This document shows, in pieces, positions 60,001 through 64,000 of a stretch of DNA of 64,000 nt (its first letter is position 1; every line of letters starts with the position of its first letter). Under the pieces are notes generated by a model, which worked only from the letters and a program-made list of their open reading frames with translations, was not told where the DNA came from and made no database searches. Source of the DNA: the human T2T-CHM13v2.0 reference genome, Homo sapiens. A program made the position numbers and the translations under genes. The stretch lies in NCBI RefSeq assembly GCF_009914755.1, contig NC_060947.1; one strand, 5' to 3'.

Positions 60001-60659
60001 AGCATTACCAACACACCTATACCCCAGCCCCCCTGGACAACATAGATTGTCACTTCCCCTTAAGACACAAAAAAAAAAAAACAAAATTGGCTTTAAGGAG
60101 TTTCTGGACCCTTTGTAAGAGTGAATTGTCTTTGTGACTCCTTAGATGGGCACTGACATATTCTAGGGTCAGGATGAACTAGTATCTGCAGGAAATTTGA
60201 CAGAGTCAGATCCTATGGGATCCTGGATCCCTATGGGAAAGAATCAGATTTACTTTGTGTATAATTTATCAGCTACAGCCACCTCACTACCAGCAAGGTA
60301 AGAACAGATATTAGGCACAGATAAAAAAAAAAATGACTAGGAAATGAGACCTTCCATAATTAAGTGCAAGACTGCAGACTTAGAAAGCAAAAGAAGGAGA
60401 TTTTATTGTGGGCTGTTTTCATGAAGAAGGCTTTAGGGAGTGAATGCAACAGAAGGTAGACCTTGAGCGACAAGGAGGCTTTGACTTAGAAGAAATAAGG
60501 GAGAAGGATGTCCAAATGGGGATGTTTAGCTCAGCCTTCTAGTTTCGACCTTAGACAATGACCTTAGGCCACTATTGACCCTAGGCTCATTGCTTGTGGT
60601 GACTTCAATGCGTCAATAAGCCATGGTCCTGATCCATATTACTGACTCTAAATCACTGG

Positions 60660-60830
60660 ATTCTACACCAGATCTTTCCTCACTAGAATGTAAGCTTCAT
60701 AAAAGCTAGAACCTTTTCTTTTTCATACTAACATCACTTGCTCCTTAAATAGTGGTCGACACATAGTAGACCCACGTTAAATATTTGTTGAATAAATGGA
60801 TGAATGATAAGTAGATGAATAAATGAATGA
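60660..60830 (+). mobile_element. L2 3' end
   Basis: cactagaatgtaagcttcat...acatagtag...aaatatttgttgaataaatggatgaatga. Confidence 0.75.
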
Positions 60831-61388
60831 ATTATTTCCAACACTCCTTATGGAAAGAGGCCACAATAACCCTGCTTAGCTTCACCAATGTATTTCTTGT
60901 ATTGTTTTGTGTCTTCCAAAAGCATTCTACTGCTCCCCAATCCTTCAGGAATAGGTTTATTTCTTAGGCTTTCAGCCTGCTGCTGACAAGTTCTTCTGTA
61001 GCTTCAGTTGAACTCATATTGTGCAACCAACCCAAGAGACACTGAACATAGCTCTGTATTCTAGGCCAATTACACTCAGCTGAACTGAGGTATTAATTAG
61101 GACAAAGACAGGAAGTGTTCTATTCCAAGATCTGCAGCTAAAGTAGAAGATTTTCTTTGAGTCAGGGACTGTTTCTAGGGAGCAGAGAAGACATGCATAT
61201 AAGTCAGCTTATTAGCATTAGGCTCAAACTTAGGGGTAATTTTACCTCCATTTTTTGAGTTGGGAAACAAGCCTCCTGTTTGTTCTATTTACAAGAACTG
61301 TCAGATATAATTCATTTGAACAGTAATAAAGGGCCATCCATTTTCCCTGGAACTGCCTAGATTTGCCTAGAAAGTTTTACTTAAATAC

Positions 61389-61456
61389 TACATCTCACCC
61401 TTATCCCAACACACACACACACACACGCACACGCACATGCACACACACACACACAC
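61389..61456. repeat. Interrupted (CA)n microsatellite
   Basis: Read directly. Confidence 0.9.
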
Positions 61457-61804
61457 TTGCCAAATCCTTTGCTCAGCAAGGTAGCTATTGTTGAGTTGTT
61501 TTGAGAACAAGAAGGACCTTATTAGTAAGTGCCTTTTGAGTTTTCAGTGATACTTGGGGAAATCAGAGAGCTGAGTTAGGTTGTGGGACATGAGGAAGAA
61601 ATTAGAGAATATAAAAAAATGATTGAGGGCTGGAGGCAGGTGTCCAATAGGGAGTGTGAGGGATAAGGAAAACAAAATGCCCATTTCACATTTGATTTAG
61701 GGCCATTACTGGACCCTGCTCTCCAAGAATTTGATTGAAGGTGACTATAAATAGATAAAACTGCCTAGCTAAATGGGGATTTTGATAAACAAAAAAAAAC
61801 TTAA

Positions 61805-61940
61805 AGTGGGAATAATAATAGTATCTACTTTATTGGGTTGTGAGGATTAAAGGGGTTAACATATGTAAAAACACTTAAACAGTACCTGGCACACAGTAAG
61901 TGCTATATAAATCATAGTTGTTAACATCATTTTTATTATT
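61805..61940 (+). mobile_element. MIR 3' part
   Basis: ataatagtatctac...gggttgtgaggattaaa...cctggcacacagtaagtgc. Confidence 0.75.
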
Positions 61941-62239
61941 ATTATATCATCATCAGTTGAGAGTATTTTAAATTATTTACACCATTTCCCTCTATTCTCC
62001 GGAGGTATGGGCCTTGGGAAACACCTTCCTGTACTGATATGCTTCCTTGCATAGACGGACAAGTACTGGGAACTTGGGCTATCCAGAATTGGAACAGAGC
62101 CAAATACAGAACTATGATCCTAGGGAAGGACTCTAGGCCCAAGAAGTACCATGGAACAGGGGCCACAAACATGTCTCTAGTATTAAAAATGGGTTTTATA
62201 ATGTGTATACTTTAGCTACCTGTCTCAATGTACATGTTT

Positions 62240-62580
62240 ACATGTTAAAAAATCCCTACCCCAGACATGAAAATTAAAATTCTGGGGGTAGAACACAATA
62301 ATCTGCATTTTTAATAAGCTGCCAAAGTTGGGTTGTCAGATTTAAGAAATAAAAATACAAAATGTCCAATTGAATGTTATGTTCAGATGAACAGCAAATC
62401 ATATTTTATTACAAATATGTTCCAAATGTTGCAAGTGGCATACTTATACTATTATTTGTTATTTAATCTGAAAAATTATTTGTTGTTTATCTGAAATTCA
62501 AATTTAACTGGGTGTCCCGTATTTGATCTGGCAGAATACACCTGATTCTGATGTACTCAGAAATTAGAGAAGCACTCCTT
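62240..62580. mobile_element. MER5A-type MITE with nested palindromic MER53 (~62328-62535)
   Basis: aatctgcatttttaataagct...gattctgatg (MER5A); gggttgtcagattt..aaataaaaataca...gtatttgatctggca (MER53). Confidence 0.7.
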
Positions 62581-63322
62581 TAGAAGAACTTCAGTTCTGG
62601 ACAAATTCCCTTTCCAATAATTTGTGTTAAGGAAACTGGAGAAGTAAGCAGTTATTGAAACAGGGGTGTGAAGAGGGGGCTTTGGTCAAAGAGAAATACC
62701 AAAGTCCCTAGTTCACTAGAACTAAACGGAATCAGGGCTGTACAATGAGGTGGAGGTAAGTAACTTCAAGTCACCCAACCAGGACCCTTTAAATTAGAAC
62801 CAAGGTCTGGATTTTTCCTAGAGCAGTAGTTCTCAATGGGTAGAAAAGAACCTTTCTCCAAAAAAAAACATATTACAGGGCCTCATCCAATGAATCATAA
62901 AATTAGGGTTCTGGAGTAAGTGATTTTTTTCATTTTGAGGACCACTATCACAGTTACAGCTTGCAAATAGAACAGAAACTACATCTGGTCCTTATAAAAT
63001 GTGCCTATTGTCTCTATCCTGACTCAGCAGATAGTAGATTTCTTCAGTACTACCTAGCCAGCCATTTTCTACCCCTATCATACCACAGGTTCTTCTCTCC
63101 ATTTGTAGAATGACAAGCAACTTAATAACCCTTGCAGCTCTGTGTCCATTCCCTTTCATCCTGGTGATTGCCAAGGACTTAGCAGGCACTAGTGTGCAGT
63201 AATGCTTACAAGTTTGAGGAGACTGGATAGACAGGTGGATCCATTTTCCTAACAGATATATTCTGAAAGTTCTCCTACTGCCCTTATGTCAAGTGTGTGC
63301 TGTATTTACAGGTCTTGTTTTC

Positions 63323-63776
63323 TGTCAGGCCTCTGAGCCCAAGCCAAGCCATCGCATCCCCTGTGACTTGCACATATATGCCCAGATGGCCTGAAGTAAC
63401 TGAAGAATCACAAAAGAAGTGAATATGCCCTGCCCCACCTTAACTGATGACATTCCACCACAAAAAGAAGTGTAAATGGCCAGTCCTTGCCTTAAGTGAT
63501 GACATTACCTTGTGAAAGTCCTTTTCCTGGCTCATCCTGGCTCAAAAAGCTCCCCCACTAAGCATCTTGAGACCCCCACTCCTGCCCGCCAGAGAACAAA
63601 CCCCCTTTGACTGTAATTTTCCTTTACCTACCCAAATCCTATAAAACGGCCCCACCCTTATCTCCCTTCACTGACTCTCTTTTCAGACTCAGCCCGCCTG
63701 CACCCAGGTGAAATAAACAGCCATGTTGCTCACACAAAGCCTGTTTGGTGGTCTCTTCACATGGATGCGCATGAAA
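63323..63776 (+). mobile_element. HERV-H 5' LTR (LTR7, LTR7up-like)
   Basis: tgtcaggcctctgagcccaagcc...gcgcatgaaa; two acaaaagaagtg blocks; TATAAAA ~63640; AATAAA 63712-63717. Confidence 0.95.
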
Positions 63777-63778
63777 TT

Positions 63779-63817
63779 TGGTGCTGAAACCCAGGAATTT
63801 GGTGCCGTGACTCGGAT
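63779..63817 (+). other. Tandem primer-binding sites: tRNA-Phe-type (63779-63796) then tRNA-His (63800-63817)
   Basis: TGGTGCTGAAACCCAGGA-att-TGGTGCCGTGACTCGGAT. Confidence 0.85.
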
Positions 63818-64000
63818 CAGGGGACCTCCCTTGGGAGATCAATCCCCTGTACTCCTGTTCTTTGCTCTGTGAGAAAGATCCACCTATGACCTCAGGTCCT
63901 CAGACCGACAAGCCCAAGGAACATCTCACCAATTTTAAATCAAGTAAGCAGCCTCTTCTTACTCTCTTCTCCAACCTCTCTCACTGTCCCTCAACCACTT
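63818..64000 (+). mobile_element. HERV-H internal leader (continues beyond window)
   Basis: ggggacctcccttgggagatcaatccc...gagaaagatccacctatgacctcaggtcctcagaccgac. Confidence 0.9.

Noticed and set aside
52600-60305. Isolated splice-like sites (tttctag at ~52662; caag/gtaaga at ~60297) as lncRNA exons
   Set aside because: No coherent exon chain or ORF; cannot be supported without transcript data
62328-62535. Long hairpin as a novel ncRNA
   Set aside because: Explained by the palindromic MER53 MITE

Overview
Primate (most likely human or great-ape) genomic DNA. It is AT-rich, apparently intergenic or intronic, and made largely of nested transposable elements. I can support no host protein-coding exon, RNA gene or CRISPR array. 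Every long ORF is either decayed LINE-1 ORF1/ORF2 or an artefact of a stop-free AT minisatellite. Main components: (1) a MER45-family hAT element split by an ancient L1, which itself carries an MLT1C LTR; (2) an L1PA 3' part interrupted by a 5'-inverted (twin-primed) L1PB carrying a ~1.5 kb, 28-bp-unit minisatellite; (3) a long antisense L1MA hosting a MER41B-type provirus, an AluS and a full-length dead L1PA3-like element; (4) a 5'-intact old L1M with two Alus and an MSTA LTR; (5) MaLR/ERVL remnants; (6) the 5' LTR7 and leader of a HERV-H provirus at the right edge. The most notable observations are a tandem tRNA-Phe + tRNA-His primer-binding site in the HERV-H, a MER41 element with the R-U5-int-U3-R-polyA structure of an L1-retrotransposed ERV RNA that keeps two intact STAT1 GAS motifs, and an inverted copy of the left flank at the far end of the minisatellite. 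Family and subfamily calls come from recalled consensus sequences, not a database search; boundaries of old repeats are approximate.
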